Shown here: positions 10,150 through 19,786 of the stretch, piece after piece | Layout of the letters: each line of letters opens with the position of its first letter | How positions within the stretch are numbered: position 1 is the stretch's first letter | The notes under the pieces: model-generated | What the model was told of the DNA's origin: nothing | The model's database searches: none | What the model saw: the letters and a program-made list of their open reading frames with translations, nothing else | From: a virus | IMG/VR virus record: IMGVR_UViG_3300025438_000009 | Coordinates: 1-64,000 of that record | Reading direction: 5' to 3' (one strand) | Length of the DNA stretch: 64,000 nt | Program-made: the position numbers and the translations under genes

Positions 10150-11097
10150 CTAATTAGTTGCTGTAAACATTCCGTTAAATACAGCAGACTTGTGTGTTTT
10201 ATTTGTAAAGTTGTAGATGTCAGAAGACCGCAGTGCGTCCTCTATGGATATTGGGGTGGTGCTTCTAATTGATGTCTTGTTCTTATATGGAAACTCAGAC
10301 CTTGTCAGGTTACGCGACAAAGTAGGAAGTCCCAAATCAATAAGAACCTCAATTGCCTTATCCCGAATTCGAAGCGAATAATGCTGAAACCTGTGGTCAA
10401 CATTAGAGACGTGACGTGAGTCTACCCCTAACGTCTGAAGAAGAAGTTTGACCTGATATAAAAAATCTACGTTATCTGAATGTAAAATCCAAATCTTGTG
10501 CGGGTCAAGCTTTCGCTTCATCAGTCCTGAATCAAAAACTCCTGCCAGCCAATCCAACTTTGTATCAACACTGTACTCAGGGTCGAGCGGTACTTCAAAA
10601 TTGGCAGGAATGTTCTCATCAAAAAATAAAGATGTCTTGGTTGTCTTCTCGTGGTCAAGAGCCAGATAAGAAAGGATTCCGTGACGGACGCCTCGTATCG
10701 TAGCTCGAGAGACTTTGAGCCTATCTCGCCAGTAACGTTCCGAACCAGAATAGAAACCGTGGGTATATGCGAAAGGAAAATCCTTATCTCCACCTTCTGC
10801 AATAGGGCAGTTAGGGATACTCGCAAGCTTCATATCTAGTGTGAGGTTTTCGGCTGTTACCTTAGTCTCGTCTCTCAGTATGAAAGTAAAGTCTTTGGAA
10901 CAGAAAAGCTCTAGGGTGTTTTCAGTTTTAATGTGGAGCAGGGGAATGTCTGATGCCATCTTAACAACGGCTGTTTCCTCGAAATCATAGCCATTCCAGA
11001 TACTTACTTTGTCTTCCTTCTCAAGAGAAGAGATAGGCTCATAACCCTTAGACGTTAATAGTAGTGTTTCTGGAGCTACACCCCAAACTTCAGACAT
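10150..11097 (-). CDS. free-standing degenerate intein-like protein (Hint plus LAGLIDADG)
   Basis: VAPETLLLTSKGY..V.IWNG, AYTHGFYSGS, WLAGVFDSG, KLLLQTLG, VFNGMFT resemble RNR (RIR1) inteins. Confidence 0.75.
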   Translation of the reverse strand: MSEVWGVAPETLLLTSKGYEPISSLEKEDKVSIWNGYDFEETAVVKMASDIPLLHIKTENTLELFCSKDFTFILRDETKVTAENLTLDMKLASIPNCPIAEGGDKDFPFAYTHGFYSGSERYWRDRLKVSRATIRGVRHGILSYLALDHEKTTKTSLFFDENIPANFEVPLDPEYSVDTKLDWLAGVFDSGLMKRKLDPHKIWILHSDNVDFLYQVKLLLQTLGVDSRHVSNVDHRFQHYSLRIRDKAIEVLIDLGLPTLSRNLTRSEFPYKNKTSIRSTTPISIEDALRSSDIYNFTNKTHKSAVFNGMFTATN

Positions 11098-11113
11098 CCC
11101 CCCGCGTCCAAAC

Positions 11114-11209
11114 TTACTGACAGGATTCGCAGTTTAAAAGGTCCATTGGGTCTACTGGGCAAACAATGCCATCAACAACGTCAACGGAGCTTTCAAAGAG
11201 GTTAGACAT
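11114..11209 (-). CDS. 31-aa peptide resembling the NrdA C-terminal redox tail
   Basis: MSNLFESSVDVVDGIVCPVDPMDLLNCESCQ; GAAAGGA RBS; heads the nrd operon. Confidence 0.8.
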   Translation of the reverse strand: MSNLFESSVDVVDGIVCPVDPMDLLNCESCQ

Positions 11210-11259
11210 GTGGTTAGTCCTTTCATGAGACAAAAATAGACCAAGAAAACTAATCCTTG

Positions 11260-11307
11260 GCCCTAGTTGTGGGGGTCGAAGAAACTCAAGTCTAGCAGAT
11301 GTGGTAT
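11260..11307 (-). promoter_or_regulatory. tandem NrdR-box-like sites overlapping a TAGACT -10
   Basis: ATACCACATCTGCTAG and CCCCCACAACTAGGGC, 32 bp apart. Confidence 0.55.
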
Positions 11308-11430
11308 TTGTTCTACAACACAGCCCTATGGACAACTAAACCCCCTTACGGGGGCCTAGTCGCCTAAGAGTAGCGAAATTACTCGGGCGGGCAGAGGAGC
11401 GAGTGGTTGCACGCGCATGCTAGCTTATTA

Positions 11431-11661
11431 CTATTCTACATCCTGTGGCTTGGTCGGTTCTAATAAGTCTCTACGGTCGTGGACATACTTTGCAGTTAGC
11501 CCAAGAGCTTGCTCATTCTTCTTATAGTGGTGGGCGCAGAAAAGCAAATAGCCCGTAGGGAAAAAGACTTGAACATAAGCTTGGAACCCACACCGGTCAC
11601 ACACATCGTGTGCAGAGAACTCAATGTGGTCCGTGGGAGTTTGAATTGTGGCAACAGGCAT
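11431..11661 (-). CDS. small actinobacterial Zn-binding protein
   Basis: CDRCG.QAYV..LLFCAHH. Confidence 0.75.
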   Translation of the reverse strand: MPVATIQTPTDHIEFSAHDVCDRCGFQAYVQVFFPTGYLLFCAHHYKKNEQALGLTAKYVHDRRDLLEPTKPQDVE

Positions 11662-11983
11662 GTTTCTATTTTACAGGTAGAATGGATGTGTGTATAGAGT
11701 ACAGAAGACCAAACACTGGTCTGCGTTTAATCCGTCTATTTCAGCCAACCCTCAAGGGGCGTCTGCTTGGTGACTTGCAAGTCTACACAGCTCTCACCAC
11801 TGGTCATGACATTATAAACAGAGTATTCTTTGCGGACGTAACTCCAGCGTTGAAGTTAAAAAACCTCCGCGAGGTGGACGTTAATGTTGTGAAAGGCATG
11901 TTGCGTCCCATCTAGATTTACAGTAGTGTTTAGGAAGTACGTTGTATTCCGGAGCTGGCCCAACGAGTAGGAAAAATTAACTA

Positions 11984-12289
11984 GTGTCAAACAAATATTC
12001 TTACGCTGGAACTGGAGCAGAATTTTGGGAGTACCCAGAATTTAAAGGTAAGGGAACCCCTGCCTGTACAAGTGAAGAAGTTGACTTATTTTTTGCAGAA
12101 ACAACAGACTCAGACTACGGGAAGAGAAACCACCAGGCAAAGAAAGTCTGTGCTGAATGCCCCTATGTTGCAGAATGCCTAGAGTGGGCACTCAAAAACA
12201 ACGAGATAGGCGTATGGGGTGGAACAACCGAACGGGACCGTAAGGCGCTTAAGCGGAAAAATTTTTCTTCATCCTCTCTATATGAGTAG
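11984..12289 (+). CDS. whiB: WhiB-family transcription factor
   Basis: AC..DLFF..AKKVCAECP...CLEWAL..GVWGGTTE. Confidence 0.95.
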   Translation: MSNKYSYAGTGAEFWEYPEFKGKGTPACTSEEVDLFFAETTDSDYGKRNHQAKKVCAECPYVAECLEWALKNNEIGVWGGTTERDRKALKRKNFSSSSLYE

Positions 12290-12590
12290 CCCCCGTAGAA
12301 CCAATAAAAAAGCCCATGTACCACTTGGATACTGTCTCAAGAGCCTCATCAAGGGAATCAAAAAATTGATATGAGGGGGACGCAAAAGCAGAACTAATAA
12401 TAGTTACAGCTTTAACGGGGACATTCTTAGAGTCGACTTCTCTATCCCACACTGTGCCAAATAAGAAAGAAATCTGGCCCTCGTTAGTTTCGAAGCGGTG
12501 ACTAGGGTTCTCGGCATGGAAGTGAACATACATCTCATCGAGCATAGATGAGAGTGTAGAAAGGTTTTCGTAGTCACTCTGGTTCATCAT
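12249..12590 (-). CDS. hypothetical protein
   Basis: ORF in an overlapping minus-strand string. Confidence 0.55.
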   Translation of the reverse strand: MMNQSDYENLSTLSSMLDEMYVHFHAENPSHRFETNEGQISFLFGTVWDREVDSKNVPVKAVTIISSAFASPSYQFFDSLDEALETVSKWYMGFFIGSTGATHIERMKKNFSA

Positions 12591-12783
12591 CAAATCCTGT
12601 CGCTTCGTTTTGCTTAATAAAGTTATCAATAAGTTCAAGAGTCTGGAAATACCGAAAGCTCTCCTCGTTTCTATCCCATCGGTTGAGGACGGAGCCGTCA
12701 CTAAGGAGCGCCGCTGACCATCCGTCATAGATGTCGCTAGACTCTAAAAGGAGAACGGTGTTCTCTGGGGGGTTGCTAATCAT
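12574..12783 (-). CDS. hypothetical protein
   Basis: YDGWSA..NRW; overlaps neighbours. Confidence 0.55.
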   Translation of the reverse strand: MISNPPENTVLLLESSDIYDGWSAALLSDGSVLNRWDRNEESFRYFQTLELIDNFIKQNEATGFDDEPE

Positions 12784-13039
12784 TAGTGTCTTCTTTCATT
12801 TTGTCTACAAAGCGTATGCCTTGACCTGCAACAATACCCCGAGCAAGCGCAATCTCATAGAGATACTCCTTAGAGTTATTCGTAAGTTTAAGTCCAAGAT
12901 ATGCGTGCTCAAGAATCCTGCGCATTGGGTGAAGTGAGTTATAGATACGCTCAACGTTCCAGCCGTAGGGGCCTTCTTCCCACCGCTCAAGGTACGAGAT
13001 AGCCAACTTCAAAGTGTCTTTGTTAGTTAGCTCTAACAT
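12776..13039 (-). CDS. hypothetical protein
   Basis: ORF in minus-strand string. Confidence 0.55.
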   Translation of the reverse strand: MLELTNKDTLKLAISYLERWEEGPYGWNVERIYNSLHPMRRILEHAYLGLKLTNNSKEYLYEIALARGIVAGQGIRFVDKMKEDTND

Positions 13040-13278
13040 GGTCTAATCCCAAGCGGAGCAGTTACAGGGTTGCTTGTGGTACTGCTTGCATGACTCATTG
13101 TGCTTTTTCTCCCACTCCCAGATTTGACCATAAGTCAAACCATTGAAGCCTGACGGGTCATCTGCTTTAAGCATAAACATTTCTTTTTGTGTGTCGGTCA
13201 TTGTGGCTCCTTATATGTTGTGGCTATGAAAGTAGTGTAACAGCTGGTGTGCATAGATGCAAAATTTACGGTATAATT

Positions 13279-14022
13279 ATGAGCATGACCACACCATCTA
13301 ATGAGTTTATTATGAACCTGGGTCCTGAAGAAGATGACCAGGTATTGCCGTCCGCGTCCGAGGTAGAAGTACAGCTTCCACCTCCACCTCCCCCTGTTCA
13401 GGGGCTTGCCGAGTTTGTTGCAGAGAGTCCTGTAGTTGCTGAGACTGCTGTTACTTCGGTACCTGCAGAAACTATAGAAACCGTAGACATGGAGCTTGCG
13501 CGTCGCAAGTACATTGAAGAAGGTAAACGCCAGACCCTTCAACGCTACGAAATTCAAGAGTCAAGGCGTGCCCCCCGTATCCAGATAGACCAACGGGTCG
13601 TGCTGATGGGGTGGATTACCGCTGTGGCGATTGCATTCCTATCCTCAGCAATCGTGTCATTTAACGGTATTACTTCCGTAGCCGTCTTCGTAGGACTTTC
13701 GCAAGCATGGATGGCACCACTGTTCTTCTTCTTTATAGAGCTGATGTACCTGCTGTTTTTGGTGGCGTATCTTGTGTTGGCATCAAGAACAGACGACGAA
13801 GGAAAACCTGAGAGAACTCGGGGAGCAATTACGGGAATGATTTTCTTCGCCGGAGTTGCCATCGCTGCAAACGGGTTCCACACTCTCGACTTCTGGCAGT
13901 GGGACTTCGCGGAGCCTCGTGCATGGGCTGGTGTTGTGCTGTCTATTTCAGCTCCACTCGCCATTATCTCAATCTCCAAGATGGCCAGCAAGATTGCGTT
14001 CGCACAATCCGTGAAGGTCTAA
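13279..14022 (+). CDS. multi-pass membrane protein (DUF2637-like) with acidic/Pro-rich N-terminus
   Basis: four hydrophobic segments, SF.GI, AN..H. Confidence 0.65.
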   Translation: MSMTTPSNEFIMNLGPEEDDQVLPSASEVEVQLPPPPPPVQGLAEFVAESPVVAETAVTSVPAETIETVDMELARRKYIEEGKRQTLQRYEIQESRRAPRIQIDQRVVLMGWITAVAIAFLSSAIVSFNGITSVAVFVGLSQAWMAPLFFFFIELMYLLFLVAYLVLASRTDDEGKPERTRGAITGMIFFAGVAIAANGFHTLDFWQWDFAEPRAWAGVVLSISAPLAIISISKMASKIAFAQSVKV

Positions 14023-14069
14023 GACTAAACGTGGATGTTGTTCTAGTTAGTTAGGTGTAAACTTACTAT

Positions 14070-14621
14070 ATGAACACCCCCCTTTATGAAGTAGACCTGC
14101 TTAAGTTCCGTTATTCGAATAGTTTTGCAACTGTCCGAGTACTAAAATTAGACAACGGACTGTCAACTGAGTGGTGGGTTTCCCATAACTTGGGAGACAA
14201 CATACAAGTAGTAGCGCAGATGTTTATTCCCGTGCTCGGTTCTGACGTCGGAGAAGCCGAACGAAGGTGTGCTTTGATTGCTAAAGAGGTGGTGGAATTC
14301 GCTTCATGGGCAGGAATTGGAGAAGCAGGGGTACCTGGAGCGTCCGATGAGCCACGTAGAGCGCACTGTTTGGCACATATACAAGAGTATTTAGACTCTG
14401 GGGGGTCTGTACTGGGCGGTGGCGTGAAGGTAAATAGAACAGTGGCACTCTACAGGCTGGCGTTGGGGTTCAACATCAACAACCCTGCATCGTTAATTGC
14501 GCAAGCAGAAGGTGTTGAGTCCGTAAAAGCAATACATGAAAGGCTCCAATACGGTAGAAGGTTGGGGCTACTAGATTCTCCTGGTAAAGGAAGTCGCCGG
14601 ACAAAAAGTGATAGAGTCTGA
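14070..14621 (+). CDS. hypothetical protein with possible C-terminal HTH
   Basis: VALYRLA..P...IA..GV....ERLQYGRRLGLL. Confidence 0.55.
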   Translation: MNTPLYEVDLLKFRYSNSFATVRVLKLDNGLSTEWWVSHNLGDNIQVVAQMFIPVLGSDVGEAERRCALIAKEVVEFASWAGIGEAGVPGASDEPRRAHCLAHIQEYLDSGGSVLGGGVKVNRTVALYRLALGFNINNPASLIAQAEGVESVKAIHERLQYGRRLGLLDSPGKGSRRTKSDRV

Positions 14622-15022
14622 CTATGGAAGATAACGCAGGACAGGACACTCCTCTCTCCTCTGAAGGCTTCGAGGACGTAACAAGTATTCCCTTGTGGAT
14701 TGATACGGACGGGGCTCCTATTACTAAAGAGCAACATCAGAAGATGGTAAAGAACTTAAAGGTCGGTCCTATTCCTCTGGACATCGTTGTTACAGAGAAT
14801 GAATTGGACGGGGACGCCGAAGTTGAACCGAAAGTAGAGTACTTCTAACTCGTGAATATCGTACTAAGCCGTATGGGCCTGCGTGGATTCGTTTTAATTG
14901 GTATTCTAGGCGCATGGCACCTACAGAAAAAAAGACTTCAGAACCTGTCCTAGCGGACCGTATCGTGGGAACCCTGAATCGGCTGTTTGCTACTGTTCTG
15001 GGTGATACAGTATTAGGTATGT

Positions 15023-15376
15023 ATGGCACACGCAACCGAATCGGCAGTGGGGAAAGAACCCTTGGGACTCCGTAACTGGATACAAGCGCGTGTTGAGCGT
15101 AAAGAGCAGAAGATGTTTGAACGCTTCGTTGAAAAGTTTGTAGACGGAGACGCTGACTTCTGGCTGTGGCATATCTCTGAGCGTGTTGAATGGAACACAC
15201 TACGGGGAATGTGGGGCGTCCTGGTTACATCAATGGATGACCTAGTCATAAACGTAGGAGAAAGAGTCGTGCTGAAATCTGGCAGAGGCGGAGAACAAGA
15301 ATACGCTTTCATTAGAGAAGCTCATGTCGGCGGACGGGCAAAAGTTTATTATCTGTTGCATATGGAAAAGGCGTAG
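15023..15376 (+). CDS. hypothetical protein
   Basis: ORF in + strand string. Confidence 0.5.
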   Translation: MAHATESAVGKEPLGLRNWIQARVERKEQKMFERFVEKFVDGDADFWLWHISERVEWNTLRGMWGVLVTSMDDLVINVGERVVLKSGRGGEQEYAFIREAHVGGRAKVYYLLHMEKA

Positions 15377-15382
15377 GGGGGA

Positions 15383-16000
15383 TTGGTTGTGCGTATATAC
15401 ATGGAAGTAGACGGAGTAATCAATGCTCTGCAAGCTCCTAACCTGTGGGGTCCTAAAACATTTGATTCCATAGACTTTGGCGGGTACACATTTGTGTGGT
15501 CAACGGAAGCGGTAGCGTCTTTAGAGGCTATGTGTTCTAGGGATGACGTAGAGATTGTGTGGCTAACAACATGGTCAAGCAACATTAATGTTCTTGCTCG
15601 TCTTTTAGGATTCGGACATGTCTTTGCAGAAGCAAGAGTCATAGAAGAAATAGAGATGTGGTCAACACCTTTCGAAAAAGCTGATGCACTCCTACGGGAC
15701 CTGGAAGAAAATCCTCTGTCGGGTGGCTGGATGTGGTTAGATAGTGTTTCGGATGACGTGATGCAGTCAACAGAATACGTGGAACGGATGGTCATGGAAA
15801 ACGGATACGTTCCCCCCATATCGGATGTTGTCGGAATTAGCCCTTCGATGGTGAAATATATGTCAAAACGGATACGAGAAGATTTAGTGAGAAAAACTCC
15901 AAGACTGCCAGATGGTCGGTGGAACTTTGAAAAAATTATGCGTGAGATAAAGGAAGCTGAAGATGTGGATGGACAGGAATTAGGAAAGGGGGAAGAGTAA
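15383..16000 (+). CDS. HAD-fold protein with degenerate motif I
   Basis: IYMEVDGVIN, VWLTTW, K, WMWLDS. Confidence 0.7.
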   Translation: MVVRIYMEVDGVINALQAPNLWGPKTFDSIDFGGYTFVWSTEAVASLEAMCSRDDVEIVWLTTWSSNINVLARLLGFGHVFAEARVIEEIEMWSTPFEKADALLRDLEENPLSGGWMWLDSVSDDVMQSTEYVERMVMENGYVPPISDVVGISPSMVKYMSKRIREDLVRKTPRLPDGRWNFEKIMREIKEAEDVDGQELGKGEE

Positions 16001-16189
16001 TGGATGGATTAAGTTTTGCTTTCGGATTTGTAACGGCAACGGCTGTTTTGTTGTTGGTGATTTTCGTAACGGCACTTGTGATGTACAAACGTAAAAAGTA
16101 AGGGTACCCTTACTTGACAAGAAGTGTCAAGGGCTGGTGAAGCTGTCAAGTTTCACTGGCCCTTTTCGCTACCCTGGGAGGAGTTTTCA

Positions 16190-16427
16190 ACTAATCCTAT
16201 TGAAGAACTAATCCTACTAACGGTACTAATCCTATTGATTTTCGCATACTAATGTAGACTAATCGTACTAATCCTATTGAGCACTAATGTGGACTAATGT
16301 AGACTAAAGCATCTAATCTTATTAACTTTTACTATATACACGTGCACACATATCGCGTAATTAGGAAAGTTAATAGGATTAGTAGGATTAGTCTGTATTA
16401 GTAGGATTAGTAGGATTAGTGTGTTAG
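16190..16427. repeat. convergent iteron-like array; candidate replication origin
   Basis: 4x ACTAATCCTA plus variants, AT-rich centre, then 4x TAGGATTAGT. Confidence 0.75.
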
Positions 16428-16498
16428 GGTGGTTGAAACAGGTTTTGAAGTATACCAGTAGTATATTAGAAATGGTTTCCTGAGGATAGGAGAAGGAC

Positions 16499-16960
16499 AT
16501 GGAATTAGTGAATCCATACAGTGACGAAGCACTCGAAATGTACCGGAAAGGCAAACTGAACAAAAAGAAAGACAGGACAGTTTGTGTGTGCGGACACCCA
16601 ATGTCGTACCACGGAAGAGTCGGAAACATTGGAGTATGTACTCCGGCTAAAGGTCGGTGTCGCTGTATGAAAAGCAGAGCAATCCTCAAAACAACTAATC
16701 TTCGGAAGTTCATGTACACCACAGAAGGTGTCGGAGTAGCGCACGCTTTAGGAAAAGCAATCGCTGCGTGCAGAGCCGACGACGTAGAAATGTACTGGCA
16801 GACAGAAACCGGGAAAATCAACTGTGACATGTGCCTCACCGAACTGCTCGAACCAATCCCTGTGGCAGTCAATGTTTCTTTTGATATGCCATCGAATATG
16901 TCAACCGGAGTAGACAAGATTATTTGCATGGGTTGCTACACGTCATGGATTTCGGAGTAG
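16499..16960 (+). CDS. Cys-rich Zn-binding protein
   Basis: CVCGH..H, C..CRC, CDMC, CMGC. Confidence 0.7.
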   Translation: MELVNPYSDEALEMYRKGKLNKKKDRTVCVCGHPMSYHGRVGNIGVCTPAKGRCRCMKSRAILKTTNLRKFMYTTEGVGVAHALGKAIAACRADDVEMYWQTETGKINCDMCLTELLEPIPVAVNVSFDMPSNMSTGVDKIICMGCYTSWISE

Positions 16961-17331
16961 AAATTTGTGCGTGCGGTCATCCCGTCTACAAACATGACCT
17001 AGCAGACACCGAGTATGCGCGGTGCCGAGGGAGCAGTACCCTATGCCGATGTGAAGGCTGGGTTAGAAAAGTTGGGATTGGGTACGGGTCCATCAGTAAA
17101 TTCTTCCGCCGAAACTTCCGGGTAGAAGCTGATGGAGAATACTCAACCCTCAACCGTGCAGTCTTCAAATGTTTAGACTCAGGTCTCGACTTCGTATGGA
17201 CAATCGGAAAATGTGAATCTTGCGGAGGTGCAAGCAGTGAGAATGCTATGTACGGATACGCGAAGATGGAAAGTGGAAAACTAACGGTGGAGGTGGTGTG
17301 TGGAATCTGCAAACTTGAGCGAGGGGAATAG
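16924..17331 (+). CDS. Cys-rich Zn-binding protein, paralog of the upstream gene
   Basis: CACGH..H, C..CRC, CESC, CGIC. Confidence 0.7.
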   Translation: MHGLLHVMDFGVEICACGHPVYKHDLADTEYARCRGSSTLCRCEGWVRKVGIGYGSISKFFRRNFRVEADGEYSTLNRAVFKCLDSGLDFVWTIGKCESCGGASSENAMYGYAKMESGKLTVEVVCGICKLERGE

Positions 17332-17800
17332 ATTCGCTTACGGCACCGCAGAACATCTTGCCTTTGAGATGGGACAAAAGTTTGGTGGAAAACTAGACTC
17401 TTTTACGGTGTCTTTTTGCTACGGAGCATTTGGAAGACCAGATTCGATATCAAACTATTTAGAAGCACTGCTAGTGAAGTACGGGTTTGCTGAAGCACAA
17501 CACGCTTCAAACTATTTAAACAGCTTCGAAACGATGCCCGAACTAATGCCCAGCACTCGAGAGCAAATAACACTCATGAACCTAGACTTTGAAGTAAATG
17601 AAAATGACTGAGTGGGAACAGTACATGAAAGATATCTCATCCGATTTGCCAAGTCCGACTGTCGAGCTGTATGATTTACATACCACGGCAAATAGGCTGA
17701 TGTTCCTTGGTGCAAAGAGAACAACAGTTGATGAGCTACTCCATAAAACAAAATACACCCTCAGATATTTAGAAGGGTCAAGCTCAGTTCAGGTATCATT

Positions 17801-18295
17801 ATGTTAGGGAAAGAAAGAAACATGGAGATGGCACTAATGGAGAAGTTTAACTTCGTACCAACAGTAAACGTAAAAACTGATGGATTTACTGCTGAAGTAA
17901 TCGGAATGTACGAAATGCCATACCAGCGCGTCCTCGGGGCACTCAACACACCACACGGGCCAGCACAAATGGTAGCGATGCTAGACATCTTCAAACTCGC
18001 ACTCGTTGACCAGAAGCAAGTTGTTGACCTCGAGCTGATGTCCTTTAACGAAATGGCAGAACTGTTGGGACAGTGGACTTTCAAAAGCACCATGGCAGAA
18101 GGGGACAAAGAAGATAAAGTCAATGACGGCATTGACCCAGAAAAAATTATTGCCATGCTTGCTGACCCGAACACACCTCTTGATGACGTGATGGAAGAAC
18201 TGAATCTTCAACTCGAAGGACACGACACTGAGTCCAAGTCTGAGTCTAGAAAACGGAGGAGCTTCTTTGGTTTCTTCAAAAAAAACCGCGACTAA
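17801..18295 (+). CDS. hypothetical protein
   Basis: long ORF in + strand string. Confidence 0.55.
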   Translation: MLGKERNMEMALMEKFNFVPTVNVKTDGFTAEVIGMYEMPYQRVLGALNTPHGPAQMVAMLDIFKLALVDQKQVVDLELMSFNEMAELLGQWTFKSTMAEGDKEDKVNDGIDPEKIIAMLADPNTPLDDVMEELNLQLEGHDTESKSESRKRRSFFGFFKKNRD

Positions 18296-18369
18296 AGTAA
18301 TTAAAATGTCCGTCTCATGCGGATGGTGCATGACAGGCTTTTGCGAAACTTGCCTCCCTGCGCTAACCT

Positions 18370-19059
18370 ATGAGGGGAGGACGTGGCTGTGCGGATGCGA
18401 AAGGTGTGGCGGTGGCTCTACAGAATTATTCGATTCGGGAGATTGATACCCCCACGGCAACCAAAATGGTCGTCGAGAATCATTATCTACACAGACGCGC
18501 ACCCTCGATGTTTACTTACGGTCTCTTCTCCGAATCAGGAAATTTAATTGGTTGTGTCATCTACGGGAAACCCGCGTCCCACTCCCTCTGCAAAGGAGTG
18601 TGTGGACCTGAAGAAGCCGGGAACGTTATCGAACTGACCAGGCTGTGGATTGCAGACGTCACACCCAAGAACGCAGAATCATACCTAATCGGGCAGACAC
18701 TACGGATGCTCCCCGAAGACAAAGACATTATTGTTTCCTATGCCGAAATGGGTGTCGGACACGTCGGTGTTGTCTACCAAGCAACAAACTGGTTATACAC
18801 CGGAATGTCAGACAAGCATGTCGAGTGGAGACTAGACGGCAATACAGGCTCCCACTCTCGCCACCTCTTCGACGAACACGGCGGAGTCAACGGTGCCAAA
18901 GCTTTCTACGGTGCACGGTTAGAGAGACACGAACGTCCAAGGAAACACAGATACGTAATGTTCCGTGGCAACAAATGGCGTAAAAAAGAACTGTTAGCTA
19001 AGCTACGCTACGAAGTGCAACCGTACCCTAAAACTGGTGTGGATTCCGCAACACAATAA
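18370..19059 (+). CDS. Mom-like (GNAT-fold) DNA modification protein; true start probably ~18412
   Basis: NHYLHR, GCVIYG.P, ELTRLW, NAESYLI, IVSYA, GHVGVVYQATNWLYTG. Confidence 0.8.
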   Translation: MRGGRGCADAKGVAVALQNYSIREIDTPTATKMVVENHYLHRRAPSMFTYGLFSESGNLIGCVIYGKPASHSLCKGVCGPEEAGNVIELTRLWIADVTPKNAESYLIGQTLRMLPEDKDIIVSYAEMGVGHVGVVYQATNWLYTGMSDKHVEWRLDGNTGSHSRHLFDEHGGVNGAKAFYGARLERHERPRKHRYVMFRGNKWRKKELLAKLRYEVQPYPKTGVDSATQ

Positions 19060-19759
19060 ACCCATCACGGATGTCAGTGATATGACCGTTGGCTTTGTAC
19101 TGGGACATCTTCGGGCCAACGTCGGGAAGGTACTCCCCCTCGGGAGTATCCTCGCCTTGCCATACGGGAACTAACGTTGTGCCCACAGGGAGATAGTCAA
19201 ACTTTAAGTCACCAGGTCTGAGATGAACTTCGATGACACGGTCACCAACCATCTCAACGTTGAAAAAGGGAACTTCGAAAGTGTCAAGAAACTCCAACTC
19301 CAACGGCAACTCGTGGGGAGCAGGAGTTGCTCGAGTAGAAAGTCTGGTCCAACTTTTAAACTTAGTTAAGTTCGAGTGAGAATAGTGAGAGCCCAACCAC
19401 ACAGAATTGACCCTCCACGAACCATCCTCATACTGTTGATAGTCAATGGAGTAGTGCCCCCCCGAAAGCCACTCACACCAAAAGTATCCAGGCCCAACAG
19501 TGGCATGATGAGTAAAGTCTTCGTAGTCTTTAGTGTCGTACTGAAACTGCTCGGCACCAACACCCATCCCATACAGATTGTATGTTGGGCGTGATATGTA
19601 CAAACCCGAGTGTGGTGGAGGTACAGCAGCTGGACCAGCTGTAAGACCTTGACGCAAAGCAACCTCTAACTTATTGAAAACCCAACGGTAAGACTTACCG
19701 GAAAACATGTCCCAAGCCTGGTAGTCTTCATGAACAAGAGGTGGAAGCTTACTATTCAT
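19028..19759 (-). CDS. conserved phage hypothetical protein, possibly ATP-grasp-like
   Basis: VFNKL..GPA..YISRP.YNL.GMG, FWCEW..G.HYSID, NVE..IEVHLR. Confidence 0.6.
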   Translation of the reverse strand: MNSKLPPLVHEDYQAWDMFSGKSYRWVFNKLEVALRQGLTAGPAAVPPPHSGLYISRPTYNLYGMGVGAEQFQYDTKDYEDFTHHATVGPGYFWCEWLSGGHYSIDYQQYEDGSWRVNSVWLGSHYSHSNLTKFKSWTRLSTRATPAPHELPLELEFLDTFEVPFFNVEMVGDRVIEVHLRPGDLKFDYLPVGTTLVPVWQGEDTPEGEYLPDVGPKMSQYKANGHITDIRDGFIVLRNPHQF

Positions 19760-19786
19760 CGTACTTTAATTGTAAAGGAGATATCG

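Noticed and set aside
11335-11430. Hairpins upstream of the nrd promoter as a riboswitch
   Set aside because: The main hairpin is explained as the terminator of the upstream minus-strand gene; no recognisable riboswitch consensus
16087-16107. AAACGTAAAAAG as another copy of the 19-bp motif
   Set aside because: The 3' half does not match
16294-16929. 211-aa minus-strand ORF
   Set aside because: Antisense to the Cys-rich gene and runs through the iteron array
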